Part shown: positions 10,857-20,879 of the stretch, in pieces | Layout: every line of letters begins with the position of its first letter | Position numbering within the stretch: the first letter of the stretch is position 1 | From: an uncultured Bacteroidota bacterium | GTDB lineage: Bacteria > Bacteroidota > Bacteroidia > Bacteroidales > GCA-2748055 | NCBI GenBank assembly: GCA_963713725.1 | Contig: CAVQMZ010000029.1 | Location: forward strand, 100,369-164,368 | Direction of reading: 5' to 3' | Length of the DNA stretch: 64,000 nt | The notes under the pieces: generated by a model | Told to the model about the DNA's origin: nothing | Seen by the model: the letters and a program-made list of their open reading frames with translations, nothing else | Databases searched by the model: none | Translations under genes and position numbers: made by a program

Positions 10857-12248
10857 TTAATCTTTATTAAGAGGCATGGGATACACATTTGATCCACCTC
10901 CCTGTTGCTGCACTCCCTGGGGAATGGAGGCCTTAAATTCGAGCAGCATTTTGCTGAAGCGTTTCACTTCCTCAGGATATCGATCGGCCACATTGTCGAG
11001 TTCCATGCATTGGGGATCGGCCTCAAAGTCGTATAACTCTTTGCGCGATCCGTCAGGGTTCATCAGAAACTTCCACTTGCCCGAGCGCATGGCCAGGCTG
11101 GGACTCTTGTTGGAGGTGTGGCCCGCCTGTATACCTATCCAGTCCCAGTAAAGGGGCTGCTTCCTTTGCACCGATTCGCCCAAAAAGACCTTACTCATGT
11201 CCTGACCGTCGGAGTGGTAGTCATCAGGCAGTTCAATGCCTGCCAGGCTGCAAAAGGAAGGCAGCAGATCGACCGCGGCAACAATGCTCTTGTCATCCAC
11301 CCTGCCGGCGGGTGTATGGCCCTTCCACTGAAGGATGAATGGAACCCGCACGCCTCCCTCATAGAGGCTCCTCTTACGCCCCCTGAACGGGCCGGCCGAG
11401 CCAATCGCGCTATGGCCTGCTCTAATGCCGCTGATGTCCTCTGGTCCGTTATCACTGGAAAACACGATGATGGTCTCTTCAGCCAGGCCCAGGTCCTCAA
11501 TCGTCCCGACCAGGCGTCCAAGATGATAATCCAGGTCCGTTACCGCACCATAATAGATTTGGGCAGGGGTCGAAAATCCCCTTTCCCTGGCCTCACCATG
11601 GGGACCCCATTGTGCATAAGGCTCCATTTGCTCATCTGTTGTAACCAGGGTGGTATGCGGCACCAGGGTCCAGAGATTAATATAAAAGGACTCTTCCTTA
11701 TTGGTCTTGATAAAGTCTATGGCCTCGTCGACCATTACCTCCGTGGATTGATGCTGGGGGACATTCAATTTCTCGTACCTGGAATTGCTTGTATAGTGCA
11801 CATCAATCCCATAGGCAGAGAAAGGAGGTGCATCTTCTGTAGACCCGAGATGCCATTTTCCGAAATGACCGGTTTTATATCCTTGCTGGTGCATCAGTTT
11901 CGTAAGTATGGTGACATTGGGGTCCAGATAATCCGCCATATTTTGAGCCGCATTGCGTGCGTGACCACCTCCAAGATGCCTGTGTATCCGGTGCCTGGCT
12001 GGAAATTGCCCTGTCATGACGGCCGTCCTGGAGGGTGAACATACTGGATTGGCCACATAGAAATTGGTCACCAGTAAACCCTCTTCAGCCATCTTATCGA
12101 GATAAGGAGTTTTGAGGCGAGAGTGCCCGTAGCAGCCCAGATCGCCCCAACCCAGATCGTCGGCGAAAATGAAGATAAAATTCGGACGCGCCGATACTGA
12201 TGTGGAAAAAATTAAGAGCAGTACAATTGCCTTGAATATCTTTGACAT
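10857..12248 (-). CDS. Sulfatase (Cys-type), secreted.
   Basis: Intact 463-aa ORF with a signal peptide, FIFADDLGWGDLGCYG, PVCSPSRTAVMTGQFPARH, GKWHLG, SSDNGP and GGVRVPFILQWKGH. Confidence 0.9.
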   Translation of the reverse strand: MSKIFKAIVLLLIFSTSVSARPNFIFIFADDLGWGDLGCYGHSRLKTPYLDKMAEEGLLVTNFYVANPVCSPSRTAVMTGQFPARHRIHRHLGGGHARNAAQNMADYLDPNVTILTKLMHQQGYKTGHFGKWHLGSTEDAPPFSAYGIDVHYTSNSRYEKLNVPQHQSTEVMVDEAIDFIKTNKEESFYINLWTLVPHTTLVTTDEQMEPYAQWGPHGEARERGFSTPAQIYYGAVTDLDYHLGRLVGTIEDLGLAEETIIVFSSDNGPEDISGIRAGHSAIGSAGPFRGRKRSLYEGGVRVPFILQWKGHTPAGRVDDKSIVAAVDLLPSFCSLAGIELPDDYHSDGQDMSKVFLGESVQRKQPLYWDWIGIQAGHTSNKSPSLAMRSGKWKFLMNPDGSRKELYDFEADPQCMELDNVADRYPEEVKRFSKMLLEFKASIPQGVQQQGGGSNVYPMPLNKD

Positions 12249-12266
12249 CTTTATTTCTTTTGTTGG

Positions 12267-12328
12267 TTATTGAGTATTTCCTCTTTCCTTTGAAAAGCAT
12301 TTAGGATCAGGATGTTCGGGGAGCGTCC
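12267..12328 (-). pseudogene. 62-nt relic of a sulfatase 3' end (stop codon plus the last ~20 codons), paralogous to the 3' end of 13758..15134.
   Basis: nt 12267..12328 matches nt 13758..13819 at 58 of 62 positions (hand-counted). It translates to ...TLPEHPDPKCFSKERGNTQ* versus ...TLPEHPDPKCYSKERGNSQ* in the intact gene. There is no sulfatase body upstream of it. Confidence 0.65.
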
Positions 12329-12345
12329 CATGGATTCCGAATCAT

Positions 12346-13587
12346 CTAATATTTCCAGTCTATTTTGGCTTGTCCCTTTTCTGTATCAACCCAAACACTG
12401 GCATGCTCAAATTCGCGGGTGAACTCCCAGCCATTGGGATCCGTTCTTTTGTAGGCTCCTCTAGGTGCGCCAAGTGGTTTGTGTAATTCCGGATAGTCAT
12501 ACAGCGAACCATCGGACAAATCCCATCCCCAACCGTATTGAAAAAAAGAATAGGGCTGCGCACCTATCAGAAAGCAAGCCAGATGATATTCTATTCGTTC
12601 CTTAGCCAACAGAACCATTCTTTCCTCTCTGGTCTGGGCCGTGCCCAACATACTTTCATATTCTTCAACAAACGGTCCTTTTCCGACACCTACGCGGAAT
12701 ACTGACATTTTCCCATCCCTTGCAAGGCGCAGCATATTGTCCCAATCTTTAAGTAGCGTTTCCTTGCTCAAAAGAGCTGAACTGTAATGCTCAAACATGT
12801 TTGCATCAATGGCTGGATAAGCGTATCGGGCAATCTCATCGGTAGTATTGTTACCAAGTACTATCTTATCGGGCCCCAGTTTCTTTTTTAATGCTGAAAT
12901 CAACTCACCCTGAGCTTTATGCACTTCTTCTTTCCTGTCTTCACGTAGAGAGAAAAAGCCATGCATTTGGTCAATAAATGCCCCATCGCAACCAGACTCT
13001 TCAACTCCTCTGGCAACAGTTTCAACCCACCATTTTCGAAAATCAGGATTCAAAACATCGAAAGAATACGTATGCCTAATATAATTTTCCCGGTAGTTCA
13101 ATTTCCCGGTTTCCGGGTTAACGAGCAAGTAACTTTTCAGCTCAGGATAATCGTTAATTTTTTCAGGTGTGAAGTTCTTACTATAAGAAGTAAATGGCCA
13201 TGCCCATGCCGAGTTAAAATAGAAAAGCACTTTTATATGGGGATTTACCTTTTTAAATGCTGCGGCTTCATGTTTTGTTCCTAATTCAGCTGCTCCCAGT
13301 TCATCCAGCCCATGCGATTTTTCAATAGTTAGAAAACCGGTTTTTCCTGCAATAAATCTCACCTCCTCTGGGGTCAAAAGGTGCTTCGTATCCCCAAACA
13401 TGTAATACATTGGTGTTGTGTTCCAGCTAAACCTGGGATAGAAATCCTGTGGCTCGAACAAACTACCATCACTGACGAATAAGGGCTGATCTGTTTCCGA
13501 TGGATTCTGAGCAGTCAAATCTGCCTTAAAGCCAAATATCAGAATTGCTATACAGATGTAAATACTCTGTTTAATGCTATTTTTCAT
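12346..13587 (-). CDS. Secreted putative glycoside hydrolase, GHL/GH114-style TIM-barrel-like domain (family copy 1).
   Basis: Intact ORF. The likely start is the internal Met with a signal peptide (MKNSIKQSIYICIAILIFGF). It shares CDGAFIDQ, IVLGNN, MFEHY, ACFLIGAQPYSFF and WEFTREFEHASVWVDTEKGQAKIDW with the three other copies. The family name is from memory and needs HMM confirmation. Confidence 0.55.
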   Translation of the reverse strand: MKNSIKQSIYICIAILIFGFKADLTAQNPSETDQPLFVSDGSLFEPQDFYPRFSWNTTPMYYMFGDTKHLLTPEEVRFIAGKTGFLTIEKSHGLDELGAAELGTKHEAAAFKKVNPHIKVLFYFNSAWAWPFTSYSKNFTPEKINDYPELKSYLLVNPETGKLNYRENYIRHTYSFDVLNPDFRKWWVETVARGVEESGCDGAFIDQMHGFFSLREDRKEEVHKAQGELISALKKKLGPDKIVLGNNTTDEIARYAYPAIDANMFEHYSSALLSKETLLKDWDNMLRLARDGKMSVFRVGVGKGPFVEEYESMLGTAQTREERMVLLAKERIEYHLACFLIGAQPYSFFQYGWGWDLSDGSLYDYPELHKPLGAPRGAYKRTDPNGWEFTREFEHASVWVDTEKGQAKIDWKY

Positions 13588-13757
13588 GGTATCTAATTTA
13601 TTTCTTAATACCCAACTTGAGAGCAGGGCTGCCAGGTTGATTACCGCATCCCGGGAAGACAAGTATGGAAAAAAGTAGAATACAAACAATTCCTTTGAAT
13701 TTGAAGCAGGCAAAATGAATTTTCATAATCAGATTTGAATTGGATTTTAGCTCCGCA

Positions 13758-15134
13758 TTATTGACTATTTCCTCTTTCCTTTGAATAGCATTTAGGATCA
13801 GGATGTTCGGGGAGTGTCGATTTCCAATCTTCCAGTTTTTTAACAAGCTCTATTACTTGTTCCGGATGCTCTTCCTGAATATCATATTTTTCGTAAGGAT
13901 CTATACTTACATCATAGAGTTCCACTTCATCGGAATTGAGGCTTGCCAGTAGTTTCCATTTTCCATCCAAAATGGCATAGTCCGCTCCGGTTCCTGCACC
14001 TTTCCCGATAGCCTGCCTTTTCCAGAAGAGCGGTTTTTCGCGCAGGGGAGATTTCTCTCCCTTTAATGTCGCCAGTTGACTGATCCCGTCGGGCTGGTAA
14101 TCCAGAGGCAAAGTGACTCCTGCTACCTCGCAAAAAGTTGGCAATAGATCAACCGCGGAAATCCAGGATACCTCATCCATTTCTCCTGCCGGAATTTTCC
14201 CGGGCCAACGTGCGATAAAAGGAAGACCGATACCTCCCTGCCAAAGAGTTCCTTTGCGTCCTTTTCGACCTCCCGTAGTACCCATACAGGGGCCATGTCC
14301 GTCTACAATACCCGTAGCTTCATCAATCATAATCTTACCACCCTTTTTGCCACTTCCGGCCGGACCATTGTCGGAACTGAAGATGACAAGGGTATTCTCC
14401 TTCAGGCCCAGGCGATCCAGCTCATCAAGGACCTGTCCAATCCTGTCATCGGCATGAGATAAAACAGAAGCGTAAATTTGATCGGCTTCATCAAGCTCAG
14501 AAAAACGTTCGAGATATTCAGGTAAGGTGTAAAATGGCGTGTGCGGCTCATGCAGCCACATATTGATGAAGAAGGGCTTTCCTTCATTATGACTCTTTTC
14601 GATAAATGCAATGGCGTTTTCAGCATCCTGGTGAACCGGTGTTCGTGGGGCAGAACTATTGAAGGCTGCAACTTCATCGTAACCATAAACATTTGGTACC
14701 GGAGCGTCGCTCAATCCACTCGAAAGATGCCATTTGCCAAAATGAGCCGTGGCATAACCTGCTTCCTTCAATAATCTTGGAAGCATAACAAGTTCAGGAT
14801 CAACCCAGTCACCCTGATTCTGCATTTCATTATACCTGGGCGTATGAAAGTGCCCGGTCACATTAAATCGAGCCGGAAAACAACCGGTCAACACACCTGT
14901 TCGACTGGGAGAGCAAATGGCACTCGCAACGGTAAAGTTTGTAAATTCAATGCCTTCTTCCGCCAGGCGATCGATATTCGGAGTCTTCACGTAGGCGTGG
15001 CCATGACAACTCAAATCGCCATAACCCCAGTCATCTGCAAATATGAACAGAATATTGGCTTGAGATTGACCGAGAGCAGATACCCCTGTAAATGAAAGCA
15101 GGATGGAGAAAAAAACTATTATTAACTTTTTCAT
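13758..15134 (-). CDS. Sulfatase (Cys-type), secreted.
   Basis: Intact 458-aa ORF with a signal peptide, LFIFADDWGYGDLSCHG, AICSPSRTGVLTGCFPARF, GKWHLS, SSDNGP and GGIGLPFIARWPGKI. Confidence 0.9.
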   Translation of the reverse strand: MKKLIIVFFSILLSFTGVSALGQSQANILFIFADDWGYGDLSCHGHAYVKTPNIDRLAEEGIEFTNFTVASAICSPSRTGVLTGCFPARFNVTGHFHTPRYNEMQNQGDWVDPELVMLPRLLKEAGYATAHFGKWHLSSGLSDAPVPNVYGYDEVAAFNSSAPRTPVHQDAENAIAFIEKSHNEGKPFFINMWLHEPHTPFYTLPEYLERFSELDEADQIYASVLSHADDRIGQVLDELDRLGLKENTLVIFSSDNGPAGSGKKGGKIMIDEATGIVDGHGPCMGTTGGRKGRKGTLWQGGIGLPFIARWPGKIPAGEMDEVSWISAVDLLPTFCEVAGVTLPLDYQPDGISQLATLKGEKSPLREKPLFWKRQAIGKGAGTGADYAILDGKWKLLASLNSDEVELYDVSIDPYEKYDIQEEHPEQVIELVKKLEDWKSTLPEHPDPKCYSKERGNSQ

Positions 15135-15145
15135 CTGATTGGCAT

Positions 15146-17510
15146 TTATTTACTTGAAATTTTAAATCCAATTACCGGTTGATCAGGTATTTTCTCAGGC
15201 ATCTTGATTAGTAGGCCCTGGCGTGAATGTTCCCAAAGCAGTTTCTCATCGCTGCCCAACATGGTGATTTCTGCAACTTTGCCGGTGTAGAGTCCTTTCT
15301 GGCAAAGTTTTCTTATGAATACATCTCCCGTGGGTGGAGCAAGAATGAAGGCATAGATTATATCTCCTTTTGTTGTAAAGCGTATATCTCTGGGCGAATA
15401 GGCTTCCAGGTTTTCTCCTATTCGTGATGTAATGATTTCGGTTGGTCCTTCGCCATATGTTATCCATGGCCGTGTGCCATAGATCCCCTCCCCATTAATC
15501 TTTAGCCAATCACCCAGCGCCTCCAGCATCGCGGCCTGGTTCTCAGGGAGCGTACCATCCCCGCGCAGGGCAACATTCATCATTACTACACCGTTTTTAC
15601 TGATAACATCTACTGCGTTCGCTATTAGCACCGGGATGCTCATTCGTGGCTCGGCTCCTTTCCGGTAATTCCAGCTGCCTGAAAGATCGGTTGCCCACAT
15701 CCAGGGGTAGGGCTGAAGCTCGCCAAACATGCCCCGCTCCAGGTTATAGGTAAAGGCAGCCTTATTCATATTCATTTCTTTAAATGATAGAACAACGGTC
15801 TGCTCCCCCCCGTTTTCCTCCAGGTCACGATTGACGTAGGAAGAGAATAACCTAACTCCTGAATATTCTTGCTTTTCATCAGGATAGGGTGAGTCATTGT
15901 TAAACATGTCGGGGTCGTATTTTTCGATAATTTCCCAACACCGCGCATACCAATGCTCGTTCCAGCTATCCTGAGTCCTGTAAGCACTTGGACTGTAATC
16001 CATGTTAAAAAGTTTCCACTCCAGGGTCCCGGCATAACTAGAATCCCGGGAATTTTTCAAGTAGGCCGGCGACCAGTAAAGATGCGAAGAGACTCCAAAC
16101 TTGAGTCCGTGTTTGACTGCTGCCGCCTTCCACTCCCCAAGGATATCGCGTTTGGGTCCCATATCTACAGAGTTCCACGGGTGGAATGATTCATACCGGT
16201 CGAAGTTGGCGTGATGGCTACCCACCGGCATAATAAAACAGGCACCGTTGTCTTTAAAAAATTTTACCAATGCATCGGGATCCCATTTCTCTGCTTTCCA
16301 GAGATCGATGCGTTCGCGGGCAGAAAGCCCTTCCGGGCGGTCTTCAACTGAACCAGGTCCCCAGTGCGACCAAATACCGATCTTGCCATCCCTAAACCAT
16401 TGGGGAGGCTCGTATTTCGCTGCCATTGACTCCCAGTTGGGCTCGATTTTTTTCAGGGGTGTGAAAGCATGTGGTTCAATCTTAGCTTCTTTCGTTTCGA
16501 GATCTATAGTAACAGTCAAATTTTCAAAATCACGGGTATACACCCAGCCCTCGCGTACGGCACTGCCCAGGGCTTTCCCTGGAGCCAGATCATATTCAGG
16601 GTAATTCTTAAACATCCCCTGAGTTTTATTATAGCCTGAGTTAAACAGGTAGTAGCTGTTTGGTCCATGAAAAAGTAAATATGAGGCAAAACTAAAGAGA
16701 AAGGGATCCTGTTGGGTGCCGGGCAATACAGAACTCGGTTTGCCGCAGGGTATGATCATCTTGCCTGCTTTTTCAGCTTCAATGAGATTGTCAAAGAGGA
16801 AAGCTGCTTCTTCCTTTGTATCAAGAGGTTTATGTAAGAAGAATTCAATAAATACTCCCGAGGTGTGATCAATAAAATCCTGACCACCCTGAAGGGCGGT
16901 GGTATCAACCCGGAAGCCGTTATATATTACTATTTTATCTTCACCGATCTTTGCCCGAACCATATCAATCATTTTGAACAGGCTTTCGTACTGTTCCTTC
17001 GGAACTTTCGGGGCAGCATCCAGAAATACACCATCCAGCTCACCTCTTAGAATTGGATCGACTATGGCATTCACCCACCAGCTCTGGACCTCGGGATTAT
17101 TCAGATCATACATGGGGACCGGATCAGCTTTCGCGTGTTGAAAGACCCAGTCCCGGTAAACCCATTCAGGATGTTTATTAAATTCCGTTTGAGACTCATA
17201 GAAGTTCCAGTTGAGAACTATGTTCCAGTACATCAGAACTTTGATATCCGGATTTATTTCTTTTAGCTTTTTGGCTGTTCCGATGGTGGCTGCCTCTGTA
17301 TTCGGTTTGGGTCCGTAGTCAGCCCAGGCATGTCTTTTTTCAACTGTGAAAATGGAATAGTTTTTCGCGATATACTCGTACTCCTCCGGGGTAAAATCAT
17401 TGGGCTCGCTAAAGCCATGACCATACCTTTGAATTCCATCAGGAATAATCCTGCGCCGTTAAATGAATCCCGATCGCAAGGGATAGTGACAGAAATAGAA
17501 TTGATCTCAT
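15146..17510 (-). CDS. Two-domain secreted enzyme: N-terminal GHL-style TIM-barrel-like domain (copy 4) fused to a C-terminal divergent GH29-like domain. One frame break just after the signal peptide.
   Basis: ORF 15146..17233 stays open in frame up to ~17455. The signal peptide MRSILFLSLSLAIGIHLTAQ starts at ATG 17510..17508 in another frame. The N-terminal half has LDGVFLDAAPKV, IVIYNG, VFIEFF and WVYTRDFENLTVTIDLETKEAKIE. The C-terminal half has KIGIWSHWGPGSV, FIMPVGSHHANFDRYES, KRDILGEW, PDMFNNDSP, VVMMNVALRGDGTLP and GDWLKINGEGIYG. Confidence 0.6.
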
Positions 17511-17531
17511 TTTTATCTTTTTTTGGTGTAT

Positions 17532-19010
17532 CTACTGGATTATCTTCAGTGCATAGCCCGGAGTTGAGTTTTTGAAGCCTGGAAGAGTCACCAAAACCCC
17601 ATTGTCAGTCTCTTTCCAAGAGATTGCCTCTGACTCACCGAGCATGGTGATACGCTTGATCGGTATCCCTTTGAGGGCTTTGATCACGATTTTGCTGTCC
17701 TCTGGACGTTTGAGGGCAGACACATAGATATTGTTCCTTGCGGGTGAACCAGAAGTGCTGGGGAGTCAATTGCCGGTCAAAGCTTCCTTTCTCACCACCT
17801 GGTCTGGAGCGCTGGATGGTATGGGGACCTTACTGGTGCTCGTCCACGGCTTTGAACCATATACGGCCTCTCCGTTGACCTTTAGCCATTTTCCTGCATC
17901 CAGCAGGTTCCTGATGGATTCTTTGGGTATTTTACCATTTCCCATTGGACCGACGTTGAGAAGGAAATTACCGCCCTTGCTTGTGTTTTCAAGTAGCCAG
18001 TACAGGGTCTCCAGGGGTGATTTCCAGTCGTCGTCATAGGATTTGTAGCCCCAGGAGTGATTGGTTGTTGCGATGCCTTCCCAGGTGTTTTCACTGGCTT
18101 CGGCAGGAATCTTATTATCACCGGGTGTGCCGATGTCTCCCATGTCGTTGCCGATGCGCTGATTCACAAGGATTTCGGGATTAGCGGTGTAGACTGTTTT
18201 ATAGAATTCAAAGCTGTGATGTGGTGGCATATAGAGCGGGGTATCAAACCAGAGCTCGCTTAAGTCGTAATTGTCGAGTAACTCGCGCACCTGTGGTAAG
18301 GACTTGTTGTTAATGTAGTCGTCGAATTTGACAGGTGCCGGATCCCAGGCATTCACGAAATTCTCCCACTTGGGATTTTCTGAGGGACCATAGTCCTTCA
18401 TGCCAGCGTCCCCTCCATCAGCCCAGTCCACCGAATGCGAGTAGTAGACCCCAAAATCTATGCCTCCGCGTTTGCAAGCCTGCTCCAGTTCGCGGATTAT
18501 ATCGCGCTTGAAAGGGGTCGCCTGGACCACGTTGTAGTCACTGGCCTTGGTATCGAAAAGCGCAAAGCCATCGTGGTGCTTGGAGGTGATCACCATGTAG
18601 TTCATCCCTGCGGCTTTAGCGATGGCAACCCACTCATCGGCATCGAACTCGACCGGATTGAAGCTTTGGGCCAGTTTGGCGTATTCTGCCCTGGGGATCT
18701 CCTTATTTCGCATAATCCATTCTGCAACCTTAGGCCCGATACCGTTCTCTTCCATCTTCTGTCCTTCCCAGATGCCACCAAGCTGGGAATAAATCCCCCA
18801 GTGAATGAACATGCCGTATTTATTTTCATTAAAACGTTCACGGCCACGCTGCTTGGCGTCTGAAGCATTCATTTTTGTCCATTGCTCACGCATTTCTGCC
18901 GGAACCTCAGCGTCTGCATAAATTTGGGCCGAACCGTCAATGGATAGTGCCAGCGATATTAATACCACTCCAAAAATTGATTTCATCATTTCTCTGATTT
19001 TTTTGTTCAT
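17532..19010 (-). CDS. GH29 alpha-L-fucosidase, secreted. One frame break near the C-terminal domain.
   Basis: ORF 17766..19010 has a signal peptide, YGMFIHWGIYSQ, YMVITSKHHDGFALFDT, KRDIIREL, LSELWFDTP, FLLNVGPMGNGKIP and GKWLKVNGEAVYG. ORF 17532..17723 supplies the C-terminal beta-sandwich end. Confidence 0.85.
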
Positions 19011-19015
19011 AGTTC

Positions 19016-20754
19016 TTAAAGTGCTTCAACTTCTGTGAAATAGGCACCTCCTGCATCTCCATTTGAATCATATAAGTAGGTGAGCAGTTCTGAGGGCCCG
19101 GCCGGCAGATCAATTTCAAAGACCACTCCTTTACTTCCCGCTTCCACGCTTTGCTCCATGGTTTGTCCCGCAACCTCGATTCTTGCAGATTCAGCGATAA
19201 GGGTTTTATCCGCTTCTTCGGGAAACTGCCGCAAGGTGATCCTGTACGCACCGGCTTTCTTCACCTGGATCATCCAGGGACCGGTGACACGTGGCAATCT
19301 GCTGATCGAGTTGAAGTTCCAGGGTGGATTTCCCTTTGGCATATACCAGTCCTGTGAGCACAGGACGGTGGGATTCTGGGCGGGATTGCCCACATCGATC
19401 CGGACCACGGTCAGCCGCGGAGAGACTTTCTGCCAGAAGGGCTCATACAGGGATCGCATTTTGGCCACAACATCAGAGTGCTTTTCTGCTACGTTAATTC
19501 TTTGGGATGGATCTGACTCCATGTCAAACAATCCCTGTTCCTCAGAATTCACCAGGCGCCAGCGTTCCGTCAATACCACAGAATACTCGAAAGGCCCCGA
19601 AGGCAATGATCTGGCTCCGGCTCCACCGTGAAACTGTATCACATGATGATCCCGGCTCCACTTCTGATCGGCTCCTTCAAGGAGCGGCTTCAATGATACT
19701 CCGTCTGGTTCATACTCCTCCGAAACAGTGATGTCGCATAGTTCCGCCAATGTTGGCAAAATATCAATATGGGCAGCGATCTGGTCTATATCCCTTCCCC
19801 CATGAATTCCACCTCCTGGCCAATAGATAAAAAAGGGTACCCGGTGGCCTCCATCATAAACCGATGATTTTTTACCACGCATCCCTGCGTTGTAACCTAC
19901 AATTGCTTCCGAATCCAGACCGTTGAATTTCCCACCGGCAGCGGTCCCGTTGTCGGTCATAAAGATCAGGATGGTATTTTCATCCAGCCCCAGGTCCATA
20001 AGCTTCTGGCGCAGGATCCCCATGTTATGGTCAATATTGGCAATCATGCCGTAGAAATTCGGATTGGCCACCCTGGCATTATTCTGATAAGGTTCCGCCC
20101 ACTGTTCCGGTACACGATAGGGACCATGCGGCGCATTGAGTGGCAAGGTATAGGAAGAAGGGGTTTTCTTTATTTTGTTCGATAAAGCGGATGCCTTCCC
20201 TGAACCAGACATCTGTACAATAGCCTTCAAACTGTTCGAAGCTTCCGTTGCGTTCGTAGGTATCGTCAAAATAGTCATTGCCCCAGTAGTCAGAAGCCTG
20301 GCCGACTCCGCCGCAGCGGTGCCATACCACATCCTGGAATCCCCTGGTCCTGCGGGCGGTGGGGAGCATTGTCTCCCAGGTGCCATTTGCCCACCATCCC
20401 GGTGGCATAACCGGCATCCGAGAACAGGTTTGCCATGGTAAGTTCATCCCTGTGCATCATGCTGCGCCCAGAGCTGGTGCGATAAGCTCCGGTATATCCC
20501 GGGTTGTTACCCGTCATTATGGCCGCACGTGTGGGCGTGCAAAAGGGGCTGACATGAAAATCGGTAAAGCGAACCGACTCGTCGTGAAAGACATCCAGAT
20601 TTGGAGTTTTAAGGATGGGATTTCCATGGCAGCCCAGATCACCGTATCCCTGATCGTCTGTAAGGATGAGTATGACATTGGGCCTGTGCCAGGAAGGATT
20701 AAACAAGCAAAATGAAGGCAAAAAGCAACACAGCAGGATACTTCTTCTAGTCAT
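19016..20754 (-). CDS. Sulfatase (Cys-type) with a ~150-aa C-terminal extension. Two frame breaks as read.
   Basis: Fragments are 20290..20754 ([41 protein letters not shown]), 20079..20447 and 19016..20386 ([23 protein letters not shown]). It is a paralog of 30242..32044 over its full length, including the C-terminal extension. Confidence 0.8.
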
Positions 20755-20879
20755 TTGTCTGATTTTTTACTGTTTTGACTTGAAACTGCATGGACTCCGA
20801 AGTCCAGATTAACTATGTGGTAATATTCATTTATTCGTCATAAGCTGCAATTTAATAATGGTGTATCCCGGTAGCCGAA

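Noticed and set aside
11118-12038. Long antisense ORFs inside well-supported genes: the 306-aa plus-strand ORF inside the sulfatase 10857..12248, and similarly 8225..8851, 9311..9943, 41216..41728 and 50692..51390.
   Set aside because: They lie opposite genes with strong family motifs. Their translations are low-complexity or Arg/Pro/Gly-rich, with no recognisable motifs. These are typical shadow ORFs.
12094-12300. A 68-aa minus-strand ORF spanning the sulfatase start and the upstream spacer.
   Set aside because: It is an out-of-frame reading across the sulfatase 3' relic and the signal-peptide region of 10857..12248. It is not an independent gene.
20792-20805. A short hairpin (GGACT-CCGA-AGTCC) between the 1354-aa gene and the downstream sulfatase, considered as a terminator.
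   Set aside because: The stem is only 5 bp and no T-run follows on the minus strand. That is too weak to call, and the genes may be co-transcribed.
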